Source of the DNA: a phage
Length of the DNA: 64,000 nt
Sequence record: PZ179880.1
Direction: 5' to 3' (one strand)
Positions 9,596 to 19,509 of the stretch are shown in pieces; position 1 is the first letter of the stretch; each line of letters opens with the position of its first letter. Position numbers and translations under genes: made by a program. The notes under the pieces are model-generated. The model was not told the DNA's origin. It saw only the letters and a program-made list of their open reading frames with translations, and did not search any database.

Positions 9596-9904
9596 TTAGT
9601 CTTCTATGATATCTCTATCATATCCAAGTGAAATGAGAGTTTCTTTGAAGTGTTTAATGTTCTTTTGTCTAGAATCATTAATGAAAATGACTGGATAACG
9701 AATGTTAAGAGATGTGAATCCAGCGCGTTTAGCAAGAGATACAATCAGTGGACGATCATACTCAATCTTACCGTTATTTGTAAGAACTTTATAGAAAGTA
9801 AAAGGAGCATTGAGCTCCTTTAGAAGTTTTGTAACTGATTGACATCCAGGACAACGACCTACTTCATCTGGAATTCCATAGACTTCAATCTTGTTCTGTT
9901 TCAC
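9596..9904 (-). CDS. nrdH: Glutaredoxin-like protein NrdH (102 aa)
   Basis: CPGC redox motif in a glutaredoxin-sized protein, adjacent to nrdG/nrdD. Confidence 0.8.
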   Translation of the reverse strand: MKQNKIEVYGIPDEVGRCPGCQSVTKLLKELNAPFTFYKVLTNNGKIEYDRPLIVSLAKRAGFTSLNIRYPVIFINDSRQKNIKHFKETLISLGYDRDIIED

Positions 9905-9906
9905 AA

Positions 9907-10143
9907 CTATTCCTTACTAAGAGCAGCATTCAGCGTGTTAGTAATTTTATCCAGACGCTCATTGAACTCGCTAGAAGATAGTCCTTTTTCTGGAGAAATT
10001 AAGCTAATCACGAAAAATATAGCAATAAAAGGAATAAGAAAAATAGCACCAACTGCCATAAACAAAAAGAACGTTACAGTTGTAAGAAAATCAGCTAAAC
10101 CTTTACGAAATTTATACATATTTACCCTTAATTGATTAACCAA
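9907..10143 (-). CDS. Hypothetical small membrane protein (78 aa)
   Basis: Central hydrophobic stretch TVTFFLFMAVGAIFLIPFIAIFFVISLI. Confidence 0.5.
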   Translation of the reverse strand: MVNQLRVNMYKFRKGLADFLTTVTFFLFMAVGAIFLIPFIAIFFVISLISPEKGLSSSEFNERLDKITNTLNAALSKE

Positions 10144-10233
10144 GCATTGATAAGTACTAAACTATACTGCGAATAAAATTCTGGACCAAAATGAAAAATC
10201 ATATCATTTATAGTATCAATAATATAATTCAGT

Positions 10234-10704
10234 TTAATCATGTTTCCACACCCCATCGGTATTTGACCAAAGTCGCTGATTATCTGAACCTCGCCACAGC
10301 TTTTTGGTCGGAAGATTTTTCTCATACTTCCCATCAATAATAACATCAACATATTTAAGCATTTCTAGTTGTTTAATATCTTCAAACTTGTACCCTGTCC
10401 ACAACCAAATGCTTTTATTTGGATAAAGATTTTTTACTGTTTGAACAATGCAATGAACAACATCTCGGTTATCAGGATAAAGAGGGTCTCCTCCAGTTAT
10501 AGTTAATCCTTCTATATAATCATTATTCAAACATTCAATTAATTGTTCTAGTGTTTCACCAGTGAATGGAACGCCATTTCTAGCATTCCATGTTGATTTA
10601 TTATAACACCCTTCACATTTATGCAAACACCCCGTAACGAAAAGAACGACCCTGCATCCAGGGCCATTCACAAAATCACAGGGATAAAATCTATCGTAAT
10701 TCAT
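10234..10704 (-). CDS. nrdG: Anaerobic ribonucleotide reductase activating protein NrdG (radical SAM, 156 aa)
   Basis: Cys cluster GCLHKCEGCYN; stop overlaps the nrdD start. Confidence 0.9.
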   Translation of the reverse strand: MNYDRFYPCDFVNGPGCRVVLFVTGCLHKCEGCYNKSTWNARNGVPFTGETLEQLIECLNNDYIEGLTITGGDPLYPDNRDVVHCIVQTVKNLYPNKSIWLWTGYKFEDIKQLEMLKYVDVIIDGKYEKNLPTKKLWRGSDNQRLWSNTDGVWKHD

Positions 10705-12518
10705 TGGTGTTTAACCCTATGCATGATTTCTTTATTTTTGCCAAGATTAAATCCGCGCTCGTTCGGATTTCCCAAATAACCGCAAGTTCTTCTTATTGTG
10801 TTCATCTTTTTAGGATCAGTTTCTCCACAAATAGAACAAACAAACCCGTTTTCAGTAGGAGTCATTTCATGGGTACTTCCACACGTAAAACATTTATCTA
10901 CTGGCATGTTAACACCAAAATAATCTAAATGTTGTGCAGCATAATCCCAGACAGCCTCAAGACCTTTTAGGTTATTTTTCATATCAGGAAGTTCAACATA
11001 AGAAATGTGACCACCTGTCGCAATGAAATGATATGGGGCTTCGCGAGAAATCTTTTCAAACGGAGTAATATTTTCTTCTACTGAAACATGGAAACTGTTA
11101 GTGTACCATCCTTTATCGGTAACATCTTTTACACTTCCATATTTTTTTGTATCAAGTTTACAGAAGCGATAACAAAGGTTTTCAGCAGGAGTCGAATACA
11201 AACTAAAAGCAAACCCAGTTCTTTCAGCCCACTGTTTAAGACGAGCATTCATTTTAGTTAAAATTTCTTGTCCAATATCACGACCGACAAGAATATTCAA
11301 TTCATGAATACCAATGTATCCTAAAGACACTGAACTTCTACCGTTTTTAAATAACTCAATTATGTCGTCATCAGGTTTAAGACGAACCCCGAATGCACCT
11401 TCTTGGTAAAGAATAGGAGCAACAGTCGCTTTAACTCCTTTTAAGGAACTAATTCTACACATCAAAGCTTCAAAACATAAATCCATTCGCTCATTGAACA
11501 ATTCAGTAAATTTCTGTTCATTGAACTGTGTTCCAATATAAGAATCCAACGCAATACGAGGAAGATTCAGTGTTACAACACCAAGATTATTACGTCCATC
11601 AAGAATTTCATTACCGGTTGAATCTTTCCACGCGCTCAAGAAACTGCGGCAACCCATTGGAGAAACAGGAATAGATGAGCCGGTGATAGCTTTATTGTTC
11701 TTAGCTGAAATAATATCAGGATACATCCTTTTGCTTGCACACTCTAGAGCAAGCTGCTTAATATCATAGTTCGGATCGTCTTTATAAAGATTAACACCTT
11801 CTTCAACGAACATAACAAGCTTAGGGAAAATAGGAGTTATCCCATCACGACCGAGACCTTTAATACGATTTTTCAGAATTGCTTTCTGAATCATTCGTTC
11901 AGTCCAGTCAGTTCCCGTACCAAATGTAATTGTTACAAAAGGAGTCTGTCCGTTTGAACTAAAGAGAGTATTTACTTCATATTCATAAGCTTGGAATGCA
12001 TCGTATACATCTTTTTCTGTTTTAGATTGAGCATAATTTAACGCATCAGCGATTTGCCATTTTTCTGCATCCTCAATATGTTTTGCATAGGTGCGTTTAA
12101 CATAAGGAGAAAGTACTTTATCTACATTAGCAAAAGTCGTTCCGCCATATTGATGGGAAGCAACTTGCGCAGTAATTTGTGCCATAATTGCAGTAGCAAC
12201 GCCAATTGATTTAGGAGTTTCAATCTGCGCATTACCAAGCTTAAATCCGTTCTCAAGCATTCCTTTTAAATCTACTAAACAGCAATTAGTAAATGGAAGA
12301 GCAGGGGAATAATCAATATCATGAAAATGAATAATTCCGCTTTCATGCGCTTTCATAATAAAAGACGGGACCATATTTTTGGCAATGTGTTTAGACACAA
12401 TACCAGCCATAAGGTCCCGTTGAGTTGGAAAAACACGAGAATCTTTATTAGCATTCTCGTTCAAAAGGTCTTTATTAGTTTTATGAATCAATCCTTCAAT
12501 TTCTTTTTCAATTGTCAT
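10701..12518 (-). CDS. nrdD: Anaerobic ribonucleoside-triphosphate reductase NrdD (605 aa, uninterrupted)
   Basis: C-terminal glycyl-radical motif RRTCGYLG, Zn-ribbon CFTCGSTHEM...CSICG; single continuous ORF. Confidence 0.95.
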   Translation of the reverse strand: MTIEKEIEGLIHKTNKDLLNENANKDSRVFPTQRDLMAGIVSKHIAKNMVPSFIMKAHESGIIHFHDIDYSPALPFTNCCLVDLKGMLENGFKLGNAQIETPKSIGVATAIMAQITAQVASHQYGGTTFANVDKVLSPYVKRTYAKHIEDAEKWQIADALNYAQSKTEKDVYDAFQAYEYEVNTLFSSNGQTPFVTITFGTGTDWTERMIQKAILKNRIKGLGRDGITPIFPKLVMFVEEGVNLYKDDPNYDIKQLALECASKRMYPDIISAKNNKAITGSSIPVSPMGCRSFLSAWKDSTGNEILDGRNNLGVVTLNLPRIALDSYIGTQFNEQKFTELFNERMDLCFEALMCRISSLKGVKATVAPILYQEGAFGVRLKPDDDIIELFKNGRSSVSLGYIGIHELNILVGRDIGQEILTKMNARLKQWAERTGFAFSLYSTPAENLCYRFCKLDTKKYGSVKDVTDKGWYTNSFHVSVEENITPFEKISREAPYHFIATGGHISYVELPDMKNNLKGLEAVWDYAAQHLDYFGVNMPVDKCFTCGSTHEMTPTENGFVCSICGETDPKKMNTIRRTCGYLGNPNERGFNLGKNKEIMHRVKHQ

Positions 12519-12988
12519 TTTAAACTCTTTCTAAGCTGCTTCTTAAATGAAGCTATTAATTGTGTTTTAGTGTCAGATTCATTATATTCAAATCCTCTTT
12601 GAAGCATCTCGGCCATCATTTCCTCTTTTCCTAAACGAGAAAATTCCTTTGATTTATCTCCAACAAAGTTAGGGTGAATATTATTTTGGGTGTAATCGGA
12701 TTTTAAATAAGTAAGTAAATTTTCTAACCATTCAAGATAATCAACACCTTGTCCCTTTAAGCCAGAACGATTAAATTTATGCTTCATTTGACCTTCTGCG
12801 GCATTGCATAGATTACAAAGCAATCCACGTACCTTTCCTGCTTTTGGTCCATTTAATTCATGGTCATGATCAAGATGATTAGCTTGAACATCAGGATTTA
12901 GTTCTCGTTGGCAAATTAAGCATTTACCGTTTTGCGCATCATAAAATTTCTGTTTTTCTTCTTTATATAATTTGCCAGTCAATAACAT
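12515..12988 (-). CDS. 49: Endonuclease VII (Holliday junction resolvase gp49, 157 aa)
   Basis: MLLTGKLYKEEKQKFYDAQNGKCLICQRELNPDVQANHLDHDHELNGPKAGKVRGLLCNLCNAAEG matches T4 endo VII. Confidence 0.95.
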   Translation of the reverse strand: MLLTGKLYKEEKQKFYDAQNGKCLICQRELNPDVQANHLDHDHELNGPKAGKVRGLLCNLCNAAEGQMKHKFNRSGLKGQGVDYLEWLENLLTYLKSDYTQNNIHPNFVGDKSKEFSRLGKEEMMAEMLQRGFEYNESDTKTQLIASFKKQLRKSLK

Positions 12989-13030
12989 AATAAAACCCTT
13001 ACCTTAAATAGATAAGGGTATTTATTATTT

Positions 13031-13207
13031 TTAAGTATTGTAAAACATTCGATGCAATCGTTTATACTGTCGAATCATCTTTTTAGTAGGACGAGAATAG
13101 GTTCCTACGCAAGTGGTCATATGAGGGTCCGTAGAATGTCCTTTAATAAAAAGTTTCCAAACCTTACCGCCATTTAACTTTTCAGTATAAACCAATTCGG
13201 TTTTCAT
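13031..13207 (-). CDS. Small ORF (58 aa) whose C-terminal 13 residues duplicate the C-terminus of the pin-like protein
   Basis: Translation MKTELVYTEKLNGGKVWKLFIKGHSTDPHMTTCVGTYSRPTKKMIRQYKRLHRMFYNT; below the ORF-track size cutoff. Confidence 0.35.
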   Translation of the reverse strand: MKTELVYTEKLNGGKVWKLFIKGHSTDPHMTTCVGTYSRPTKKMIRQYKRLHRMFYNT

Positions 13208-13243
13208 TAAAATGTCCTGTCAGAAAAAGAATTTTGAGTTTTT

Positions 13244-13729
13244 TCAAGTATTGTAAAACATTTGATGCAATCGCTTATATTGCCGAATCTTTTGGTCAGA
13301 AAAAGAAATTTGAGTTTCAAGCCATTCAATGTACTCTGCGGCAGCTTGCATCAGGTTACCTTCATAGCCATCGTTATTTTCTTGCGCAGCTAATTTAGCT
13401 AATGCGTATGAAATACGTTCACCTTGAAAAGCGGCTTTAGGCTTCTGAACATCTTGGCTAGTTCTCTCTACAACTTCTTCAATTTCGCCATTTTCAACGG
13501 ATTCAGTATTCCACAAACACCAGTATGTAATTGGCTTATCATAGATGTTAATAATCTTTCCGTCGGAAAGTTCAATTTCAATAATTCCAGTATCAGGTTC
13601 TATATCATCTTCGCATTCTTTTGCAAGTTCACGAACTTTAAAGACAATACCTGCACTAAGTTCAGGCCAGTAATTACACAGCCCTTTATCAGCACGATTA
13701 ATTCTAAACCACTTATCTACTGTAATCAT
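13244..13729 (-). CDS. pin: Pin-like protein (protease inhibitor homologue; 161 aa from MITVDKWF)
   Basis: Position between 49 and nrdC and a 161-aa length from the second in-frame Met, as I recall for T4 Pin; sequence identity not verifiable here. Confidence 0.5.
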   Translation of the reverse strand: MITVDKWFRINRADKGLCNYWPELSAGIVFKVRELAKECEDDIEPDTGIIEIELSDGKIINIYDKPITYWCLWNTESVENGEIEEVVERTSQDVQKPKAAFQGERISYALAKLAAQENNDGYEGNLMQAAAEYIEWLETQISFSDQKIRQYKRLHQMFYNT

Positions 13730-13851
13730 GTCCCATCTCCATATCAATTATGTCATTTATTGTAGGTTCATTATATACTGTTTCTTCATCAGTGTAAACC
13801 GGTTCTTCCGGCTCTGGCTCCACAGTTTCCCATCTAACCGCCCACCAAGGT

Positions 13852-14061
13852 TTAACCCCGAAGCTTATTAAGTTCTTCATAATCAATCCAGGATTCTAGT
13901 CCTGATGGCAAATCAGATTCAATTTCCCAAAGAAGTTCTTCAATTTTATGAAGACGATCTAATTCTTCAGCTGGAATAGTAACCATTGATGGAGTTCTTG
14001 CTACATTAATATCGTAAATCATATTTACCCCAGTTTGACCATACAATCGCCGTATTTCCAC
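13852..14061 (-). CDS. Hypothetical protein (69 aa)
   Basis: ORF between pin and nrdC. Confidence 0.45.
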   Translation of the reverse strand: MEIRRLYGQTGVNMIYDINVARTPSMVTIPAEELDRLHKIEELLWEIESDLPSGLESWIDYEELNKLRG

Positions 14062-14240
14062 TTAGAAATAGACTTTTCACCATTAGAATAATAAACTTCA
14101 AGTTTAGCACGATTATTTTTAATTTGAATAACCTTGGCTGTCATCAAAGTTCCATACCCATAATAAACTGCAACTTCATCACCTACATATACCGCGCTTC
14201 CGCGGTAATCATGAATATAGTCAGTTCCTTCGAGCATCAT
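14025..14240 (-). CDS. Hypothetical protein (71 aa)
   Basis: ORF between pin and nrdC. Confidence 0.45.
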   Translation of the reverse strand: MMLEGTDYIHDYRGSAVYVGDEVAVYYGYGTLMTAKVIQIKNNRAKLEVYYSNGEKSISKWKYGDCMVKLG

Positions 14241-14500
14241 TTAAAATATTCTCGCAGTTGGTCAAATCCACCAATATGACTTCCATCAGGAGCAAATACC
14301 TGGGGCATTGTCAAGCCGATTTGAGTATCACGACCTAGTTTAGTCAGAAGCTCAGCAATTTTCTCATCATCAAAAACACCTTTTTCCGGCATAATGTTGA
14401 TAAATTCAAACGGCTGTTTCTTCACGGTCAAAAGACGTTTTGCATTATCGCAATACACACATTTATGAATGTTGCTATCATAACCATATACTTTAAACAT
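14237..14500 (-). CDS. nrdC: Thioredoxin/glutaredoxin NrdC (87 aa)
   Basis: MFKVYGYDSNIHKCVYCDNAKRLL with CVYC active site; T4 thioredoxin sequence and length. Confidence 0.9.
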   Translation of the reverse strand: MFKVYGYDSNIHKCVYCDNAKRLLTVKKQPFEFINIMPEKGVFDDEKIAELLTKLGRDTQIGLTMPQVFAPDGSHIGGFDQLREYFK

Positions 14501-14501
14501 A

Positions 14502-14744
14502 TTATTCCTTAATTCCTAGTACTTGTTTAAAAGTCTCGTCGTAATCAAGACTTTGGCCCGTTTGTTCTTTATGTTTGTATATAATATCACTTACTTCTGA
14601 TAGCATATTTTTATATGAACGAGTTAAAGCAGATTTAAGCACGCTGTATCTATCAGGAAATTTACCATGTTCATTATAATAAGCTATTGCTAATTCACGG
14701 ACTGCCTTTTCAGCAGCCTCCATATATTCTTTACGCTTGGTCAT
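14502..14744 (-). CDS. Hypothetical protein (80 aa)
   Basis: ORF coupled to nrdC. Confidence 0.5.
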   Translation of the reverse strand: MTKRKEYMEAAEKAVRELAIAYYNEHGKFPDRYSVLKSALTRSYKNMLSEVSDIIYKHKEQTGQSLDYDETFKQVLGIKE

Positions 14745-14746
14745 TT

Positions 14747-15136
14747 TTAATCCAAAATATTATTAGGCATTGGTTGAACACTCACAAGTTCTTTAAAGAA
14801 CTCAGTAGAGTCAGGCAATTTAACCATTTCCGGAGCATGCTTACTGAATTTATGTTTACATTGACGGCATTTATATTCAAGCTCTGGTTTACGCCAGTTA
14901 ATCAATTGAACTTGTTCAGTACCGCATTCAGGGCAATTAGGAACGTTTTTAGAAGCTCTTTCACGTCGTTCAACCATAGCCATAATAGCATCCCATGCTG
15001 GAGGTTTAAAATCTAAATCGTCGCAGCCGTGAATCTTTCCACGCATTTCCATATCATCTTCCTCACCAGCCATAATAATTTTAATTAAACTGGAATTACT
15101 TGAAGCTGCAATGTCTTCTAATAAACGCTTTTTCAT
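14747..15136 (-). CDS. Hypothetical protein with C-terminal zinc-ribbon (129 aa)
   Basis: CPECG...CRQCKHKF Cys4 pattern. Confidence 0.5.
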   Translation of the reverse strand: MKKRLLEDIAASSNSSLIKIIMAGEEDDMEMRGKIHGCDDLDFKPPAWDAIMAMVERRERASKNVPNCPECGTEQVQLINWRKPELEYKCRQCKHKFSKHAPEMVKLPDSTEFFKELVSVQPMPNNILD

Positions 15137-16059
15137 TTCAATACCTCAATAGCATTACGTAAACCATTTGCTTTGGCGGTTAAAGCCTTAAGAACTTTAG
15201 TATGCTCTTCAATCTGTTTTTCAACTTCAATCAAACGGGCACTGAGATATTCGCGTTCTTCTTTCATAGTATCATTTCCATGATTGGATTTTGGTGTAGG
15301 TTTAAATTCACTAGGGTCCTTTAATTTAATAACAAATTTAGTTTCAAACAGCGAAAGACCATAATTCGTATTATCATCAAAGGATTTGACTACATCCATA
15401 TCAGATAATAACACGCGTAAATTATAAGCCAAAGAACTAATAGTTTCATTGTGTTTATTAGCTTCGCGTGGTTTCATATACGGAAGATTTTTATATATCT
15501 CGTGCGGAGCACAAATGATAATTGACAATTCAAATTGCCCATTCTGGGACGATGGAGTGAATTTAGCCGTAACCCAGTCTTTTACATTCACATTAATAGT
15601 ACGGTTATCACCATGACAAAACAGTCTACGAGAATGCTTAAAAAGCATATTCACGTTATTATTGAATTCGTGTGAAAATTCACTAGCAAATTTTTCTTTA
15701 CTATCTTTAGAAAACCATTCTTCTAAATAAGTTCTTTTCACGTCGTTAATAATATTAAATGTAACAACACTAGCATTTGATACATTAGTCTCAATGTAGC
15801 TTGGATACATAAATTTTTTAACATTATTAACAGCTATCACAGAAGATAGTAATCGGGAACGTTTGAACCACTCGAGCAAAGAACCAAGAGAATGTGAATA
15901 CGCATTTTGTGTATCTTTACAAATATGGTTTTCCCATCCAATATAGTCTAAAAAATCACGAAGAATATTATTGATTACTGCTCTGTGTCCTATCTGATAA
16001 TTACGATGTTTAGTAATAAGACTGTCAAAATAATCAATATAATGTTTACGAGTTTTCAT
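15133..16059 (-). CDS. Paralogue-family protein A (308 aa) with C-terminal coiled coil
   Basis: N-terminal MKTRKHYIDYF and internal SRLLS/HGDNR motifs shared with the next ORF; heptad-like C-terminus. Confidence 0.55.
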   Translation of the reverse strand: MKTRKHYIDYFDSLITKHRNYQIGHRAVINNILRDFLDYIGWENHICKDTQNAYSHSLGSLLEWFKRSRLLSSVIAVNNVKKFMYPSYIETNVSNASVVTFNIINDVKRTYLEEWFSKDSKEKFASEFSHEFNNNVNMLFKHSRRLFCHGDNRTINVNVKDWVTAKFTPSSQNGQFELSIIICAPHEIYKNLPYMKPREANKHNETISSLAYNLRVLLSDMDVVKSFDDNTNYGLSLFETKFVIKLKDPSEFKPTPKSNHGNDTMKEEREYLSARLIEVEKQIEEHTKVLKALTAKANGLRNAIEVLK

Positions 16060-16111
16060 GTTCTTCTCACTTGGTTAATGATTTATACTCCGAGCCATCC
16101 TTGGCTTTAAA

Positions 16112-17113
16112 TTACTTAATTAACTGTAAAGCTTGTTCCAGACGATCAAGACGATTAACAGATTCTTCCCAAATCCTTTTAGCCTGCTCATATTCTTTCT
16201 GCGCTTTATTAGAAATTTCTAGAACTTCTTTATAAGCTTTTTCTAGTGCAATAACTTCTGGACGAATTTCTATCGGTTCAGGTGAATCATCAAGACATTC
16301 CATTAGTTCCTCAAGGGTAGTTTCTTCTTTAGGAGTATTCACAATTTCATCACATTTTTGTTGGTAAATTTCTTTATCAGTAGGTGAATAAGCACATTTC
16401 ACTTCACGAAGGCTAATTACGAGTTTATATCCTTCCCAACCGCATATATTCTTAAAAGGATATGTATGAATATTTTCTACTGTTTCCATACAAAGTAATG
16501 CGGTCACTAATTGACGAGTTATAGTGCTAGCAATTGAGAAAAATTTATTAATATTCTTTTGGTTAGTTTCTGGTGTAAAAAATCCATAATTCACAAAAAT
16601 AGATACTTTATTTTTATCAAGTTCATATTCTTTTATGATAATCATATCAGAAGCCAAAGGATGAATTTGACGATAATCGCCATAACATAATTTAGAAGCT
16701 GATTTTAGAATCTGTCCTTTGAAAAGTCTGAAATTACTAATCCAACGACGAGTAAAAATATTCTCAGGGTCTTCTTTATTATTAAGATGATAAGAATTAA
16801 CATCACCGAACCAATTATATCCTACTACATCTTTGGTTCGTTTAATTTCTTTCCCAAAATTACCAAGAATATCCCGATTAACCAAATATGAAAGAAGACG
16901 AGACTCTTTAAAGGTTTTCTTGATAACATCTTTATCTACACGGCTAGAAATTTTACGAATTTCATGAATAAATTTAGTAGAAGAAACAATACTTGCATCA
17001 ACACTATTGAGCCATTGATTGATAATAGAAAGAACGCTATTTTGGCCAAACATCGGTATAGCTTTATCATCAATAACGCTATTGAATGATTTGATATATT
17101 CGTTACGAGTCAA
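16112..17113 (-). CDS. Paralogue-family protein B (333 aa) with C-terminal coiled coil
   Basis: MTRNEYIKSF, ESRLLSYL and YGDYR motifs align with protein A. Confidence 0.55.
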   Translation of the reverse strand: MTRNEYIKSFNSVIDDKAIPMFGQNSVLSIINQWLNSVDASIVSSTKFIHEIRKISSRVDKDVIKKTFKESRLLSYLVNRDILGNFGKEIKRTKDVVGYNWFGDVNSYHLNNKEDPENIFTRRWISNFRLFKGQILKSASKLCYGDYRQIHPLASDMIIIKEYELDKNKVSIFVNYGFFTPETNQKNINKFFSIASTITRQLVTALLCMETVENIHTYPFKNICGWEGYKLVISLREVKCAYSPTDKEIYQQKCDEIVNTPKEETTLEELMECLDDSPEPIEIRPEVIALEKAYKEVLEISNKAQKEYEQAKRIWEESVNRLDRLEQALQLIK

Positions 17114-17129
17114 TAATCTCCTCAGTAGA

Positions 17130-17159
17130 AAGTAAGAACATTATACCACATCCTTGTGG
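17130..17159 (-). promoter_or_regulatory. sigma70-type early promoter (TTTACT, 17 nt, TATAAT)
   Basis: Minus strand AGTTTACTttgccacaaggatgtggTATAAT upstream of ORF 16112-17113. Confidence 0.45.
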
Positions 17160-17168
17160 CAAAGTAAA

Positions 17169-18197
17169 CTAGTTCAGTGCATTTAGTGCATTGTTCAGTT
17201 TAGAACGTTGCTTTGTCAGATTTTGAACCCTTGACTGAGCTTGTTCTAACGCCTTTTCAGCTTCTAGCATTTCATTGGTCGCTTTAACGAGTTCATCATC
17301 TACTGCCTTAAGAGACTTTTCAATCGCATCAGCGTGCCATTTTTCTACAGGTTTAAAATTTGAATTTTCAGTAGGAAGAAAACTCACTTTATTAAGTTTA
17401 CATGCATCTATGTTACTTGAACTGTACATCCAACATTTAGGATCGTTTGATAAGTAATTGGATAAATTTAAATTTAAGGTATCTTGCACTTCCTGCTTTT
17501 TCTCTTGAACAATTTCATCCTTTCTCAAAAATTCATATTTAAATGAAACGATCATATCAAGTTCATATGTTGTTGTATGTTCCCAATTTCGCTCAAAACG
17601 AGGTAAAATCTTAGATTGAACAGCAGCAACAACATCCATATACTTAAATGCTTCTGTCAGCTGTGATTTAAGACATTCACAAATTGAAAGAGAATTTTTA
17701 GTATTAGGCTTAAAGCTAATTCGTGCAGTTCTATTATTTTCTTTTAACGGTCTTACTTCCATCTGAAGAGTATAACCATCAAATTTCAGGTTCTTTAAGT
17801 TAATATCAGAGCCTTTTAATCGACTAGCAGTAGACAAAATTTGCTTTAATTGTTTACGGAATAGAGCAATAAATCTCCATTCAATACGATAATGATTTGG
17901 ATTGAAAAATCCAGATGATAAATCGACCTTACTTTGACCAACGCCTTGAACAATCAAAGGATTTTTATAATCAATAGTTTTACAGAAATCGGTGAGCTGT
18001 TCACGAGCAGTCATTTGTGTAATATACCCTGCTTTACTAAAATTACGCACCCATTCACTGCTATTCGTATACTTAAAGTGATGAATAACACGATTAACTT
18101 TATCAGGGTCTAAATTATTTTCACACAAAAATGTCATAACATCACGAGTATAGCTGGCATTACGAACCATATCTTCAATTTGAGAACGAGTTTTCAT
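17169..18197 (-). CDS. Paralogue-family protein C (342 aa) with C-terminal coiled coil
   Basis: MKTRSQIEDM N-terminus and coiled-coil tail like proteins A/B. Confidence 0.5.
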   Translation of the reverse strand: MKTRSQIEDMVRNASYTRDVMTFLCENNLDPDKVNRVIHHFKYTNSSEWVRNFSKAGYITQMTAREQLTDFCKTIDYKNPLIVQGVGQSKVDLSSGFFNPNHYRIEWRFIALFRKQLKQILSTASRLKGSDINLKNLKFDGYTLQMEVRPLKENNRTARISFKPNTKNSLSICECLKSQLTEAFKYMDVVAAVQSKILPRFERNWEHTTTYELDMIVSFKYEFLRKDEIVQEKKQEVQDTLNLNLSNYLSNDPKCWMYSSSNIDACKLNKVSFLPTENSNFKPVEKWHADAIEKSLKAVDDELVKATNEMLEAEKALEQAQSRVQNLTKQRSKLNNALNALN

Positions 18198-18205
18198 GGT
18201 GTTCC

Positions 18206-19108
18206 TTAAGATTTAAGTAAATCAACGATTTTAATTAATTTTTCACGCTCAGATTTAGCTTTACTACTCAATCCAGATAGTCTGAAAATTTCATCATCAT
18301 ATTGCTGAATAGAAATATTTAGCTCTTCAATCTGCTTATTAAAATAAGCAATTTGTTCAGAATGTTTTTCATTACTGCGAACTGGTACAGGTTTTGTAGG
18401 TAATTTAGTTGAACTGGATTCATCTGGGCGATAAATTAAAATGCAATTTGAACCAATCGGACATTTAGCACCAGACACATATTCTAATGTTCCGGCTTCT
18501 TTTAAAACTTCAAAAGCTAAACAGAGATGATGCCCCATATTAACATAATCTGTAGAGCGAGCTCTGATGTAATAATCATCTCCACGAGTACTAAATTTAA
18601 AGCATTTAAGGTCTTCTGTATTATTGGTCTTAAAAATCATTTGTTTATCTAGACCTTTAGCTAATCGAGCGCCTAATGCTAATAATCGTCGTTGATTTTC
18701 CCACAAATCCGCAATCATTTGGTCAAATGATAATTTCGGCATTAGTCGACCATAAAGGTCATATCCTTTATTATAATTGCGAAGGATTTCACTCGCATTA
18801 ATACGAGACAACGCTCCAATTTTATTAAGGGCTTTCATGATGCGATTAGATAAACCCATTCCAGATCCGTTTGTTCGTTGCAAATGTTTATCTAATCCAA
18901 ACCCAATATCAACTTTAAATTTATCTAAAATTTCAGCATGAACATCTCTGTCAATAACATTCAAATCCAAAGTTGGGTTAAATCTATGAAAAAATTTATC
19001 TGGCTCTCCACGACGAAGTACAGTCCATTCATTTAATTTTTTATTAACTAAAGATTTAATTACTGCATTGACATTATTAATTACTACTGACATATTTTCC
19101 TCACTCAA
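18206..19108 (-). CDS. Hypothetical protein D (300 aa) with C-terminal coiled coil; possible distant member of the same family
   Basis: Similar size and C-terminal heptad region; N-terminus diverged. Confidence 0.5.
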   Translation of the reverse strand: MSEENMSVVINNVNAVIKSLVNKKLNEWTVLRRGEPDKFFHRFNPTLDLNVIDRDVHAEILDKFKVDIGFGLDKHLQRTNGSGMGLSNRIMKALNKIGALSRINASEILRNYNKGYDLYGRLMPKLSFDQMIADLWENQRRLLALGARLAKGLDKQMIFKTNNTEDLKCFKFSTRGDDYYIRARSTDYVNMGHHLCLAFEVLKEAGTLEYVSGAKCPIGSNCILIYRPDESSSTKLPTKPVPVRSNEKHSEQIAYFNKQIEELNISIQQYDDEIFRLSGLSSKAKSEREKLIKIVDLLKS

Positions 19109-19509
19109 TTTTCAATTTTACTAAATATACAGAATAAGATGGAACAGACTATATAAGCACCACACACAGATTGAACTAATACCATTCCAAAGAACCAAAC
19201 AATATTATCAAACAATGTCTGTTTTACGTCGAAAGGACGTAAACTTACAGTAATATTATCACCTTTTTCTATTGAAGAATACATCTCTGGGGAAATATAT
19301 TCACTAAATCTATAACCGTCTTTGAGTTCATATACAGCAATAAACGATAAACTAGACCCCTTTCCTTGAGTTCCTGTAAAGGTATTAACTACAGTAACAT
19401 CATAATCTTTATAATGCATATAATCATTAATAGCATAATAACCATATGCAATTATTATACATAAACAACATATCAATAAATTCAATCTTTTAATTATCAA
19501 CTGTTTCAT
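19105..19509 (-). CDS. Hypothetical membrane protein (134 aa)
   Basis: N-terminal and C-terminal hydrophobic segments. Confidence 0.5.
   Translation of the reverse strand: MKQLIIKRLNLLICCLCIIIAYGYYAINDYMHYKDYDVTVVNTFTGTQGKGSSLSFIAVYELKDGYRFSEYISPEMYSSIEKGDNITVSLRPFDVKQTLFDNIVWFFGMVLVQSVCGAYIVCSILFCIFSKIEN

Noticed and set aside
10128-10352. 74-aa minus-strand ORF overlapping the 3' end of nrdG
   Set aside because: Overlaps nrdG by about 120 nt in another frame; only a much shorter version (about 37 aa from an internal Met) would avoid overlap, and there is no supporting signal.
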